DNA from: Nitrospirales bacterium
GTDB lineage: Bacteria; Nitrospirota; Nitrospiria; Nitrospirales; UBA8639
Assembly (NCBI GenBank): GCA_965203295.1
Contig: CBDBCZ010000017.1
Coordinates: 544,001-608,000 of the forward strand
Length of the DNA: 64,000 bases
Direction: 5' to 3'
In this document: positions 50,270 to 63,859 of the stretch, one piece after another
Layout: each line of letters opens with the position of its first letter
How positions within the stretch are numbered: position 1 is the stretch's first letter
The notes under the pieces: model-generated
Told to the model about the DNA's origin: nothing
The model's database searches: none
The model's input: only the letters and a program-made list of their open reading frames with translations
Translations under genes and position numbers: made by a program

Positions 50270-53200
50270 TCATGCATAAGTTCTCTGCAGCTCGGGGTAG
50301 AGGTCCACACCAGCCTCCAGAGGAGCCCCCAGCACTGCAGCCTGGGGTTGGACTGCTGTGTCCTCCACTGACCAGCACAGCAGATCAGTCTCGGGCTCTG
50401 AGAGGGCCTCTAGCACTTCCGTAAAGGACGGACGGGAGGATTTGTCTGGATGCCTGAAAAAAATATTAATATCAACCACAAAGATCCACAGCCAGTAGTA
50501 TGTATACACTTAATTACATACCAACAGTGGATCATCACTTTGTAGATTTCCTCAGGACAACCGGGAGGTGGAGGCAGGCGAACTCCAGAGTCCACGAGCT
50601 TAATAACCTATTTCGAAGACAAAATTACATACAGAATTATTATAATAACTGTATCCAAAAAGGCTGCACTAGTGCTAAATTACTGACGCCTGTGCTGTAG
50701 TACAATGTACATTCATATTCATGTGTAGCCATATTGGCTAGCTACTAGAAATTAAAATGATGTCATTACATGCTGCTGTCACCTACAATCATAACACAGC
50801 AATTAATTAACCCTTTCACCGGTGGATTCCTGCTCCCATAAGGCCCATATCAATTTATATGGGTTTTTATAATTAGGCGTTATTAGAAAGTATAGGCTTT
50901 TCTGTACTTCCTTGCAGCCATATGGCGGCTACACCGGTGAGAGGGTTAACCCATGCCATTTGCCCTTGTCTTCTTATCCACTACCGGACAGCAGGACATA
51001 TCACATACATAGCTTACTTCTTGGTTAGTATAAGTTTGAAACGGTTTGTGTCCAACACCCCATATCTCGAACATCAGAACCCCATAACTCCACACATCAC
51101 TGGCAGTACTATACTTCTTGAAGTGTATTGCCTGAGAAATAAATCAAGAGTGCTTCTCAAGCATCTTCAAAGAATTATTCATTGGGCAAGCGTGAGTGTT
51201 CAATTGAAATTTTGTCTGTGCGTATGGTGTGCATGCGTGCGTATGTACGTCCACATACCGCATATCGTTTCCGCGTTTCAACACAACATTTCAAATAGTG
51301 CAGCTATAGCTTAGGTATGCCCTCACAGGCTGGACTGCAGAGGCTACAGCGTTGCTGTATATCCCCAGGTTGGTGACAAGTCACATTAGAACAGCAGGGA
51401 GCGAGTTCTAGCGCCAAAAGAGCTGCAAGGCCGTCGACAAGTGACACTGAGACGGGAGAGGGAAAGAGCTAGAGCCAGAAGAGCTGCTGAGGGCGTGTCG
51501 CCGCTAATGTACGCATGGGCTAATACCTCGCACACGCTTGCCCCACAATGCTTTGCATTCACCTAGTAGCTATATTATAATTTATAGTGGTTTCAGTTAA
51601 CTGAAACAAAAATAGTAGGAGCAAAAACAGATCTAAAACTTCAAGGGTGGGAGTAAACTACAACTGAAATAATATTTCTAACAATCAACCCATATAGTTA
51701 TGGTTAACTAACACTAAAAGTGTTTTAGAAACCATTTTTTCATTGTAGTAGGATAACTAGAACTAGAAACTAAACTATCGTTTTTTATTAGCCTATTCAT
51801 TTTTGTATGAAACAAAACAAATTGAAAACACATTACCTCAGGAGCTGTCCACTTTACTGGGATCTTCCCTCCATGAGAAACGTAGTAGCTCTCATTCTCC
51901 AGGTCCCTTGACATTCCAAAATCACTGATCTGTTTGTAAAGTATTCTTACTCAAAGATGGTTAGGTCATATTAATTTTTTAACTTCTCAATCACCTTGCA
52001 TGTTCTATCAGCTGCAACTAGAATGTTCCTAGCTGCCAGGTCTCGGTGCACAAAGGCTTTTTGCGACAAGTACTCCATCCCTGAAGCAACTTCCTGGCAG
52101 AACTGCAGCAGCATATGTGGTGTATCTGAAGGCAGTAGTTCCCCGGGCCTGCCAAGGAATATCAATACAAATTTGAAGTCTGAAGTCAGTGCTCCGTATT
52201 ACATGGGATTCACTAGATGAATAGAAAGTTGATATAGTCTCGTGGTTGCCAAATGGATGTTTGATAAAACTTCATACACAACATTTCGACCCAACTAGGT
52301 CTTCTTCAAGTTCATCTAGCTATTGTTCATCCATACATCTCTACTAACGAGCATGACACATAGTGCATGAGGCTATTCCTACTTCTAAAAATGGGATTCA
52401 CTATAAATACAGAGCACAGACTTGACCATGCATGTATATACATGTCAAGAACTGTACACGTCCTTAATTTGAAACAAGCCCACTAACTGGCAAAACCCCT
52501 CCAAAATGCTAAATTGCTATACGGAAGTGCATTAGAACATGTGCATGTGTAGGAGTTTGCTTGTACCAACTTGTTCATATAAGGGCATAATGAGAATGTT
52601 AGTATAGGAGTATCAGAGTGCACTAGGTACGCATCTGTGTCCCAAATGTGTTACTGAAAATGCTCATTGTTCATGGTGCTTTCATTTCCAGCTGTAGAAG
52701 CTTTACCGAGCTCAAAGCAGTATATTGTACACCCCACATGTCCCCGCCAGTGAAAACGGTCCACAAAGAAACGTGTTTCGCTGTATAGGGCCGGTTCTCG
52801 GTTGAGGCAGTACACATGTAGCTTGCAGGCATTATTGTATGTCACTTACGCTGGCTGTTGTTTAATGAGATAATTCCTCAGATCACCATTGGGCGCAAGT
52901 TCTAATACTATCATCACCTACAACAGAGAAATGAATTGTCACCCGGGATTAATTAAGAGGTAAGTGCAGGTGATATGTCATCGCGATAGTCTGTTGTAAT
53001 TGAGTAACGTAATAATTTTCACTGAAGAGTAACTCACTGGCTCTCCAACTGTCACTACTCCAAGGAGCTTCACGATGTTGGGGTGCTGAAACTGCCCGTT
53101 GATGGCAGCTTCTTGGAGGAATCTGACCTCATCACCTTGAGATACTCCAGCTTTCAACGTCTTCACCGCAACTTCAACAGCTCCTGTTATTGTCTGCCAA

Positions 53201-56200
53201 ATGCCTTTTTCCACAAATCCAAACTGACCGGATCCTAGATACTCTGTTGTCCTGTGATAATCAAAATGATTGGCACAAACGTTAACACTTTACAGTGTCT
53301 GCTTTAGGGACACATAGTTTCCACAGTTTAACGACCATGCGTCATTTTTACTTACTGTATGTGTTTCGGGGGTATTTCTCGATACTTATTGACAGACAGC
53401 TGTTCGTAAAGTTCATTTTGATCCGATGATGGCTTCCAATAAGTATCACTTTCTTCAAAGAATGTTTCTTGAGGCTTTTGAACCTGAAGCACAGAATACA
53501 ATGCATGAAATGGCAAACATTACAGTGACTGCAATTATATTATATAGCCAGTATAAGGTGAAGCTTTCAATTTTCAGGACCAAAGTTATCGACAGTGAAT
53601 ACAATGACATCAATTAGCTAAAGCTCTACGTACAATACTTCAGCTATGTAGCGACCCTCACACATGCAATTGCACATGGATTGGTACTTGATAAGGTATA
53701 GCCTGTTGGTTTGGTAAACAAATAAAGTACACATATGATATTACCTCTCTAAAAGCTGCATATATGCTCTCATGCCATCCTTTACTGGATGCAACAGACT
53801 TCCGTTGTTCCTGCAATATCAAAAGAAGTATATGATATATTTTCTCCAACTAAGAATCTTTACCATAACTGTACCGTAGTAGGCACATGAATGTCCCATT
53901 CATAGTGACCCTGTGATAGTAAAAAATTGATATGGGATTTAAAACAAAAGTATTTCTAGTTCGTAGAGTATTACATTTGTATCGAAAAAGGTCATGTGCC
54001 CTCTTTCTATGAGTGGTATATTAGAATTTCTGCGATAAAGTCCAATTTCTTCATAGCTGTATTCAGGTATCAGACTGTCCGGATTTTCATACACACTGTC
54101 TCCTGGAGTAGTCAGACTTGAATGTCTGAGCCGTGTCGGCACGCCTGGAACGAGATTCAAAGTTTCACCGATATCTCATGTGTATCTTGTCAGTACATCA
54201 TTACCTTGTGTATTGTATACCAAGCACTGAAGTAAGAATATGAGAATAGAAATAGTTTAATGACTTTGTATACTCACCAGAATACAGAGGATTTTCCAGA
54301 TGACGGCTGTGCTGTGTGTCTAGTCTCTCCCTGGATTTCGACTCGGATGGAAAAGTAAGTGAACCTTTTCTCTTTTTGTAGAGAATGACCAAAGCAACTA
54401 GTACAGACAAAGCTACCACAACCAGTACTCCTGCTGCAACTCCACCAATGATTCCACCCCGCAACTCCCGAGATGAAAGCCGGTCTATTGTTTGGGATGA
54501 AATGACAGAGTGCTGAATGTGTCTAAAATGGCTAGTTAGTACACAAGTACCGTAAACTACGTATTATCCGCCCATGATGTATTATCCGCCCATCCCCCTT
54601 TTTGAGTCAAAGTTACGTCGGAGGGTATTTATGCACTTAGTATCCGCCCACCCTTAAATACCATCCATGCGAGCTAAACATGTAACTAACAAACTGAAAA
54701 TTCCAAGACAACGAGCAGAATCAAACGACAAAACTCGATCTTCAGTGCGCTTTAATTGAAATACCGACGGTAAGTCAGTCAGCCACTTCGCTTTTTAGCG
54801 GATAATAGTAGTCTGCATGCTTCTATAATAGCTAGTTCAATACAATTTGCATTCACTGTGGTGCGGTACTTGCCTAGAAAAGCTATACTTACCTTGTATA
54901 CTCGCTTTGCATACCGCGCGTTTGGAATGCGTTCGAGTGGGCGGATAGCTACTACATCGTATTTATAAAAACTACGTATTATCCGCCCACCCCCCTCTTT
55001 CAGCTTGCACTTAAGTGGCCCGCCCATGGGCGGATAATACGTACTTTACGGTATGTAGCTACAGGGAGAAAGATTATACCATTGCAAAATACACAACTTG
55101 ACTATGGCATTCTGCATGAACAAACACAACAGTTCACATGGAAGAGAACAGTAACAGCAAACATTACAGCCAAGTGAGAACTTATGGGAAAGTACAATTA
55201 GTATTATATCTCCTCAAGATTCTCCTATAGGAAGTCAATTCCATTAGTGCATATTAATCGAGCCTTGGAATCGTTTATGCAAGTGCTCAGTCATAAAATC
55301 CACAGAACATGATCTATAATAACTGGCTCACCACATGTAGGGGCACTGCCATTCCAGGTTCCATTTGCTTGGCATATGCGCACAGCATCTCCCACAAGTT
55401 GATGGTCGGAATTGTTGCATGAATAGTTGGCCACGGAACCAAATACGGTTGTTTCCAGGAATATGATACCATTTATTGGAGTTAGGTTACCACAATTCAC
55501 AACTGCATGGATAGAGATACAAGCGTAAATCACACATTTTAGGAGGTATCTTCCCCCAAAGTTTTCATAACAATTGTGTATACTACCTTCACCCCAAAAT
55601 GTAACGGAGAGCGGTTAGTTCCTAGTCAACATCTCTGGAATTAAAATTTTAATAAATTATACTTTACACTTTACCAGCAAAATGAGCTCCCATTTTAGAC
55701 AATTACACAAGGAATAGCTAATCCTGATACACTCCAACTAAACTCACTAATTAATTATCTTGCACAAAATCAGAATTGCAAGGTGAACAAACAGGCAACA
55801 AATTAACAAACTGTTTATGAGATTACAACTTTCGATTCACTTTGACAAATCGGATCATCGTCTGACCACTCCAGTTCATCAGTTGCCATCTGACAAATGC
55901 GGGGGTTGCTTCCAGTGAGGTTGTATCCAAATTCACAGCTGTAGTTTGCCACTGAGCCCTGAGTTCTAGTAGTTAGCGTGACTTGTCCATTCGCAGGGTC
56001 GACAAGTGGATCACACATTCCTGAAATTAAAATGCATTTAAGGCACTACCGTAGTAGCAAGTTCGTAAGTTAGTGTGGCAGCAATCATGTTTCATAAAAC
56101 GTGCAGATTAAATTGATCCACAGCTGGTAACCATGCAATTACCCTCTGAAGCAGTTACACCAGTTACCCCCACCTTTAAGCACTCCCTCACTGGGCAGTG

Positions 56201-59200
56201 GACTGTAGACAAGACTATCATCATTACAGTCATGCAAGCATTCTTGACGGTTACAGACAACTACAGTATCTTTAGCTAACAAAACATTCATGTGCAGTTT
56301 GAAGTTCTAAGCTAAATATACAGAGGCTAGAAAGTAAACAGTAATGAGGTGATTAGCTAGTATACTTACGCTCACAAGATGGTTCCACTCCAGACCACCC
56401 AGAGCCTGACTGACACACGCGTCTCCCACTTCCAACTAGCTCAAATCCCATCATGGTACAGTTATAGGATGCCACTGAGCCAACAAATGTTTTGTTGCTG
56501 AATACAATGTCTCCATTAATGGGGTTGGTGAGTGTAGCACACACTTCCTCTGTCAGAGATAAACATGAGTAATGTTATCTGTAATTCTGATCTCACAAAG
56601 GCGGAATATGTAATCATCGCTCCCTCTCTCTCTCCCTCTGGCCACTATATCTTGTGCAAGGATAAACCACTTATATTTTGGCATGCTAATCATCTATGTT
56701 TCCACACTGAGCATACAACTGTGCTTTACTGTAGTTGGAGCTTGCTGAGGAATAATGATATCTCAGCTGTGGTGTTTTTTTAAAGCCCAGAGTACTGAAC
56801 CAGCATACTGAGCTAGCAGAGCATGTTTAATTAAGTTACATAGGATGGTACATTATGGAAAAATCATTAACAATATGTGACATAGATATTTTGACCACTA
56901 TCAATCTGCTATCTTCTTTGCAAAAAGTACCCCCCCCCCCCAAAAAAAACTCTAATTAACCTCACACCTTCGTAGAATTTAGTTATGAAATACAGTGTTT
57001 ATATTAACATAGAAAACGATATTTTGTATAACTGTATGTGTGCTGCAAACCCACCACATGTAGGGGCACTCCCACTCCAATTTCCGTTTGCTTGACACGT
57101 TCGTGTAGCATTTCCCACAAGCTGATACCTTGAGCCACTGCAAGAATAGTTTGACATTGAGCCAAACGTAGTTGTGGTAACTGATACTGTGCCATTTCCT
57201 GGATTTGCGAGGCTGTTACAGTCCACGGCTGCATGGACAAATATGGCAATATGGATCATCAAGTGGCTTTTTGTAATTTCTCAATTAAAATACCAGTCCT
57301 CAATTATTTAGACAACCTCCCTTTTCATTGATTTGAAACGCTCCTATTTAACACAATGTCAACAATACAGTGTATTATTAACTGCTGTCAATTTTTGTGA
57401 CATGCATTGAATAAAATGGCTTACGTTCACAAGATGGCTCCACTCCAGACCATACTGAACCCGACTGGCAAGTACGCGTCTCACTCCCAAACAGTTTAAA
57501 GCCAATGTTGCAGGTATAGTTTGCCACTGAGCCGACAAATCTTTCAACAAACACTACTTGACCATTCATTGGGTTAGTAAGCATATCACATACTTCATCT
57601 GGTAAAAAAAGTATGATAATATTATTGCCTCCACAGTTGTGAATACAAGCTAGCCTAATTCCCAGGCATTTGCAGGAGGTTACAATTTCGACTGGGAATG
57701 AATATTGAGTATGTATGCTACTTGTCAGTATAATTATGGAAATAATACTATTGCAAAAGGTAACAAAATAAGCTGTTTACATTTTATAAAATAGTGCAAA
57801 AAAAAACTCACTGCATTGAGGGGCACTCTCACTCCACATTCCATCTGCTTGACATGTTCGCACAGCAGCTCCCACAAGGCGATAGTTGGAACCACTGCAT
57901 GAGTAGTTTGCAGTTGAGCTTAAAGTGGTCTCAGTCACTGTTACCATGCCATTTTCTGGAGCTTGTAGGCTGCCACAATCGATAACTGTATAAGTAATAG
58001 CAGCACTTAAAAGTTTAAGAATGATAGTAGCTCAAGGGCTACACTTCTATATAATGCCTACACTCCTAAAATTATTTTAACAATGTCAGCAGAACACTTT
58101 ATAGCCAAAAATCAAAGAATGGTGGCATGTACTGAAGCTCAGGTTAATGTGTTGAAGCTCTGAAGTGTGATGTGCTGAACCTCAAGTAGTTTACACATTA
58201 TGATTTTGAAGATGGTACCTGACTAGCAACGCACCACATTCTGGGGCACTGCCACTCCACATTCCATCTGCTTGACATGTTCGCTCAGCAACTCCCACAA
58301 GGCGATAGTTGGAGCCACTGCATGAGTAGTTTGCAGTTGAGCTTAAAGTGGTCTCAGTCACTGTTACCATGCCGTTTTTTGGATCTTGTAGGCTGCCACA
58401 ATCAATAACTGCATAAATAATAGCAGCAATTAAAAGCTTAAGAATGATAGTAGCTCAAGGGCTACACCTCTGTATAATGCCTACACTCCTAAAAGTTATT
58501 TTAACAATGTCAGCAGAATACTTTATAGCCAAAAATCAAGACGTATGACAGCATTATATATATAGATGATATAGCCAGAATGGTGGCATGTACTGAAGCT
58601 CAGGTTAATGTGTTGAAGCTCTGAAGTGTGATGTGCTGAACCTCAAGTAGTTTACACATCAAGATGGTGCCTGACTAGCAACGTGTTGAAGCTCTGAAGT
58701 GTGATGTGCTGAACCTCAAGTAGTTTACACATTATGAGATATAAGATTTTGAAGATAGTACCTGACTAGCAACTCACCACATTCTGGGTCACTATCACTC
58801 CACATTCCATCTGCTTGACATGTTCGCACAGCAGCTCCCACAAGGCGATAGTTGGAACCACTGCATGAGTAGTTTGCAGTTGAGCCAAGAGTGGTCTCAG
58901 TCACTGCTACCATGCCATTTTCTGGAGCTTGTAGGCTGCCACAATCAATAACTGTGTAAGTAATAGCAGCATATAATTATACTGAAAGAGTGATAGTCTA
59001 GTAGCTCAAGGGCTATACCTCTGTCTAATGCCCACACAGCTAATAGTCCAATGCCAGCAGAACATTGCTCCATTATCATCACAGTATATATATGCATGAA
59101 AGATGGTATATCATAGTGTGGATAGATCGTGTTACGTGTCGAAGGTCTGCAGTATTCATTCAGCCAAAGATTGAGACGTATGACAGCATACGTACACAGA

Positions 59201-62200
59201 TGATATAGCTGGAATAGTACAGCTAACTAGTGGTAGCTGTCCACAGTAATTACTGTCTTGTTTGTTACTTTTTGTGGACAAGACAAAAAGTACAAGACAT
59301 GGTAATGGTGAGACATCTGGTTGCTCTTGTCCTCTGACTGGAGATCTTTCAAGCTCCGCCTGCGTATGTGGGTGCGTGGTCAATGGCGTAAGCGCTACGG
59401 CAGCAACATGAGTATATTATTTTGTGGACAAGACCCCTTTCTGACCTTATCCTTAGTTCTCCAAAACAGCTACGTAGACTATACGCAGTGTAGTTATCTG
59501 CTAACTACTACATGTATTTTTGTCAAATGTATTGTTTTCTGGTCAAAGCTGTGCTTTCTGGCTATGTAATCTGTGTATACAGAATGCTGTCGATGTTTTG
59601 CTTATGCTGCGGACCTTCAACAAAGGACATGATTCATCTGTACAGTGATCACCCAAATCATAGTACAATCACAGGACATTGTTCCTTTACACATTATGAG
59701 ATATGAGATTTTGAAGATGGTACCCGACCAGCAACTCACCACATTCTGGGGCACTGCCACCCCACAATCCATCTGCTTGACATGTACGCACAGCAGCTCC
59801 CACCAGGCGATAGTTGGAACCACTGCATGAGTAGTTTGCAGTTGAGCCTAAAGTGGTCTCAGTCACTGTTACCACGCCATTTACTGGATTTTGTAGACTG
59901 CCACAATCGATAACTGCGTAAGTAAACAATAACACATAATCATACTGAAAGATTCTCCAATGTAATGATTTGTTTAATTGTGAATTTTCCAATGATGACT
60001 CGAGGCTTTAATGAAATTTTTACATTAATTTGGAATTGTCTACGTATATAGTCAAAAAAAATTGCCATTCAACTATTTGTCTGTCACTGGTTGGAGCTAT
60101 GTGAATGGGCACCTTTATAATTCATGGACGCAGCCATCTGCTAAGAATGTGTGCGTAGATAAGAGGAAGTTGGCCGAGATTTAATAGCACACTAGCCTTG
60201 AATAAGTGATCACTTCCTTCAAATATCACATATTTTCATTAGAAAATGCTGACTCGTTTGCGTCAGAAAAGACAGACGATCTTGACTATATCTAATATGA
60301 GGCTTAGCGGCAAATTAAATATCATGTTCTTCTGCTCAGTAGGCCAGTAAGTCGGAACATAGTATCCAGAAGATTCTGGGGTCAATCTCTCAGCACATTT
60401 CATAATACGAACGCCAATACTGTTTTAAAATATTGGTATATTATAGTGTGTAGATATGCATGTGTAAGCATTAACACTCCCCAGTGCAGCCTAGCATTCA
60501 ATCTTGTTCAGGAAAAATATACTGTAACTCACCACATGCAGGTTCACTACCACTCCACATTCCATCTGCTTGGCAAGTACGCACAGCATCTCCCAAAAGA
60601 TAACTTGGATTACTACACGAGTAGTTTGCCATTGAGCCAAACGTAGTCATAGTCAGAGACACACTGCCATTTGCAGGATTCGTTAGGCTGCCACAGTCTG
60701 CAGCTGTATATACAATAAAGATGTGCATAATGATTGAGAATTATTAAGAATGGAGTGATCAACACTTCTCTCATGCATGTATACATTTTCTCACACATCA
60801 TCAGTTAATTTTGCTCAGTGATTTGCTTAAAGTGTTGAGACTACTGCAGTTCTCATTTCAGAGAACTTACACAATAAGCTTATCACTAATAGCTTAAATA
60901 GTTAATGATGTTTTCAATTCTGTTTATTGTTAATAAACTCATACCAATTACAGCTGTTATTACTGGAGCACCACCAGTTTGTAGAGTGGGTAGATCTTCA
61001 CCATTTCCAACACAGAGAGCATTGGCTTCCAAATCTGGCTCTGAAAAACGATACCACACTTCAAGGTTTGCAAACTGTGCTCCTTCATCCAGTTCCACCC
61101 CTCCAGTGCCATCATCGTGGTCAGTGTAGAACCCCACAACATCTCCAGGCTCCACTATGACCTGATCATTCTCTGGTACATCAATTACAATGCATGAACG
61201 AACATTATGAACGTTTGCTGCAACTCCATTATTCACGAAGTTGAAACCAACTAGAGAGTAACAACCATCAGTGTTCGTTGGTCTCCACACTTCGAAATAA
61301 ATATCATAAAAATCATTGTTCTCACGTGGATTTATACACACTCCCCATTGTACTACACTGCCTCTACAGGTGAAGGTGTAGTCTGGTATAATGGCTTGGA
61401 TTGAATTAGGAAGTCTTGGGGCCCCACTTCGGTCACCAAATAGAGGTACACTCAATAGACACTGCAAATTGTCTGGAAAAAAACAAAAACAATATAGACA
61501 AAAAATAATGTTAACGCCCAACTGATTATAATTCAACCCTATTCTCAATATAACAACTTTTCATACATAAAATAGCCTTTGGTAATATTAATTTTGTAGA
61601 AGTTATTAGGTGGAATTGGTACTGGGTAGACTAAGTGCACTTATTGCTCATTAATGCTTACCAACCATGGCTGTTATTACAGGAGCACCACTAGTAGAAA
61701 GTGTGTTTAGATCTCCAGTGGCTCCAATGCAAAGAGAGCTGTCCTCTAAATCACTCTGAGTTGGATTTGAAAGTGTACGGTACCACACATCAAGGTTTAC
61801 ATCAGTGTCCACTTCAATACCACCACTATTCTGATTATGATCAGAGTAAAACCCCATAACATCTCCTGGCTCCACCATGATACGCTGATCCTCCGGCACA
61901 TCATATACTATGCAGCCTCGAGGAACATCTGGATCTCCATCAGCAACAAAGTTGGAACCTACAATGGAGTAGCACCCATCAACTCCATTCGACCGCCACA
62001 CTTGAAAGTAAATGTCATATCTTTCAGAGCCTCCCCGTGGCTGGACACATGCACCCCACTGAACCACTGGACCACTGCAAGTGAAGGTGTATGTCGGCAG
62101 AATTGCTTGGATTTTGTCTGGTAGTTCACTGTTCGGTTCTCGGTCACCAAACAGAGGTAGGCCTTGTGGACACTGGGAATTTGCTGCACCGGAAGGAATA

Positions 62201-63579
62201 ATGTTAATATTATGCTAGGTTACTGCACTCACAGTAGTCAAATACCTGCAGTAAGTACAATTATATCCAGGTATTTATTACAGCTATTATAGCTACTATA
62301 CTTTGCAACAAAACTTTGGATTGCAACAGATATGGTGACCTAGAGCGCTACAATTGATTTATGTGTAAGACTGCATATTATCTTGTCAATGACTAACAGC
62401 ACACTGACAATATTGTCCATGGTCATGCACTTATGAGGTGGTAGCTACTATATTCATGCACTGACAATGTATTAGTAGTAAGATGCCCAAATGTATCACA
62501 ACGAAAAAATATTCATTTCCTTTGAAATATATGCTGTACTATTGTAGTATTGTATTCAGTTATGACAATGGGGTACACACTCATGGACATTCACAATCAT
62601 GGTTGGCAAAGCAGGTGTATCAAAGTTCGAATTATGAATAATGTGGACTATAAAAATTATATTAGTGGTCATACTACCTGCAGTTAGTAGGGTATAGCTA
62701 GCTGTCTGGTGTAATACCTTCTTGGTGCATGAACATGAACATGAAACATAAAGACTGCCAGCCATTCTTGTATACAGTTATTAACTAGTCTTGTGTAGCC
62801 CTATGCTGAATGTATGGTCTTCTCTCATTATATACCCTGTGAAGACAAGACATTATTGGTTTGGTCCGTCTGTCTGTCTGTCTGTCCGATGTCTATCCAG
62901 TAAAAAAATTTGAAATTTCAAGATTTACTAAACTCGACTAAAACATTATTTCTAAAAACTACTGTGTATAGCCACAGCCGTTCGTTCTTCATGTGAATGA
63001 ACATGAAGCAATTGTTCTATCACATCCTTCTTTCCACACAGGTTGAAACCAAAAACACATGCAGCGGCAAAAAAATTTACTGTAATAAAACTCACAACAC
63101 AGCTACTCATTGTAGCCATGTCACACGTAGCTATGGTAAGTAAACTATAACAGCAGTAGTAGCTAGTCAGGAATTTATTATAGCTACATACTAACCATTC
63201 CTTATAGATAGTTGACCAAAAGGAGTGGACTTTCAGTGACCAACTGATCAAGAACTGTCATGTGCCCAGGGAGAATGCAAGATCAGCAATAACTGTTCAA
63301 CAAGTTTAGGCATTATGGATGAACAGAAGCTGCCCACAGAGTTCTACGTGCGAGCAGTCTTGGCACCTGCCCATCAGCTCTATTGCAGTATCTTTCTTTT
63401 CGACTCGTTGGTTTACGCATTTATCATACATAGTGTAGTTGTTTGCTCGCGAACATACCACTACATGAGAGAGGTATACGTACGTGTCACTCACCTTTGG
63501 CCACCAGCAAAAGTAGCGCAGCTGCCAGTACAGCGATGAGAAACTCAAACTCCTTTCTTCCCAGCAAAAGACAGGCCAT
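50270..63579 (-). CDS. Receptor tyrosine kinase: signal peptide, 2x domain X, 10 Sushi/CCP domains, TM, NPLY, Eph-like kinase
   Basis: Exons (-): 63579-63495; domain X 62183-61662 and 61472-60945; Sushi 60703-60533, 59913-59740, 58951-58778, 58408-58235, 57985-57812, 57598-57425, 57228-57055, 56549-56370, 56020-55841, 55502-55332; TM 54484-54278; ~54174-53975 (boundaries less certain); 53910-53875; 53810-53745; 53483-53356; kinase 53251-53038, 52917-52850, 52148-51995, 51929-51837, 51131-51018, 50607-50522, 50453-50270. Sushi pattern C..L..P.NG...A.Y.C..Y.L.G...R.C...G.W....[13 protein letters not shown] and IPVKWTAPE are intact. Confidence 0.87.
50811..50945. mobile_element. piggyBac-type MITE
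   Basis: ttaa|ccctttcaccggtg...caccggtgagaggg|ttaa. Confidence 0.85.
51175..51567 (+). mobile_element. Helentron-associated non-autonomous element (second family)
   Basis: 5' tgggcaagcgtg, a tgcg/tgtc low-complexity tract, a 3' inverted copy cacgcttgcccca, then hairpin aatgc-ttt-gcatt followed by cacctagt. Confidence 0.6.
52715..52845 (-). pseudogene. KDZ-family transposase fragment inside a kinase intron
   Basis: [37 protein letters not shown] fits the KDZ (Kyakuja-Dileera-Zisupton) pattern YD.AC.L..Y...R......F.VD.FH...H..C; recognised from motif memory. Confidence 0.65.
54550..55051. mobile_element. pogo-like MITE with ~27-bp TIRs and TA TSD
   Basis: TA|ccgtaaactacgtattatccgcccatg...catgggcggataatacgtactttacgg|TA, with internal tattatccgccca repeats. 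Confidence 0.88.
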
Positions 63580-63859
63580 GCCGACATCGGGATTACCAGA
63601 AGACCCCCCTCCCACTAACTTTGGCGGAAGTGCGTCAGGCCGGCCGGGCGCGCGCCCGCGAAGGGTCACGTGGTATTGGTGGACCAATTCAATCCCTATA
63701 AGTTAAGTCAATAAATTGCTTTATTTCTTGTACATGTAGCTATACACACACGACACTGTAATGGCAAGCTTCATAAATAAACTTTAAAAAACATAGGGCT
63801 ATAGCTAATTCAGGCTATAGCTACGATTCATGCATAAGTTCTCTGCAGCAAACATCAGC

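Noticed and set aside
55080..55111. Possible 32-nt exon ([11 protein letters not shown]) before the TM exon, using an acceptor at 54512
   Set aside because: It is phase-compatible but unnecessary, because the last Sushi exon joins 54484 directly. It cannot be decided without transcripts.
42891..63579. Calling the two RTKs true Eph receptors
   Set aside because: Kinase motifs are Eph-like, but there is no ephrin-binding/FN3 ectodomain or SAM domain, so no gene symbol was given.
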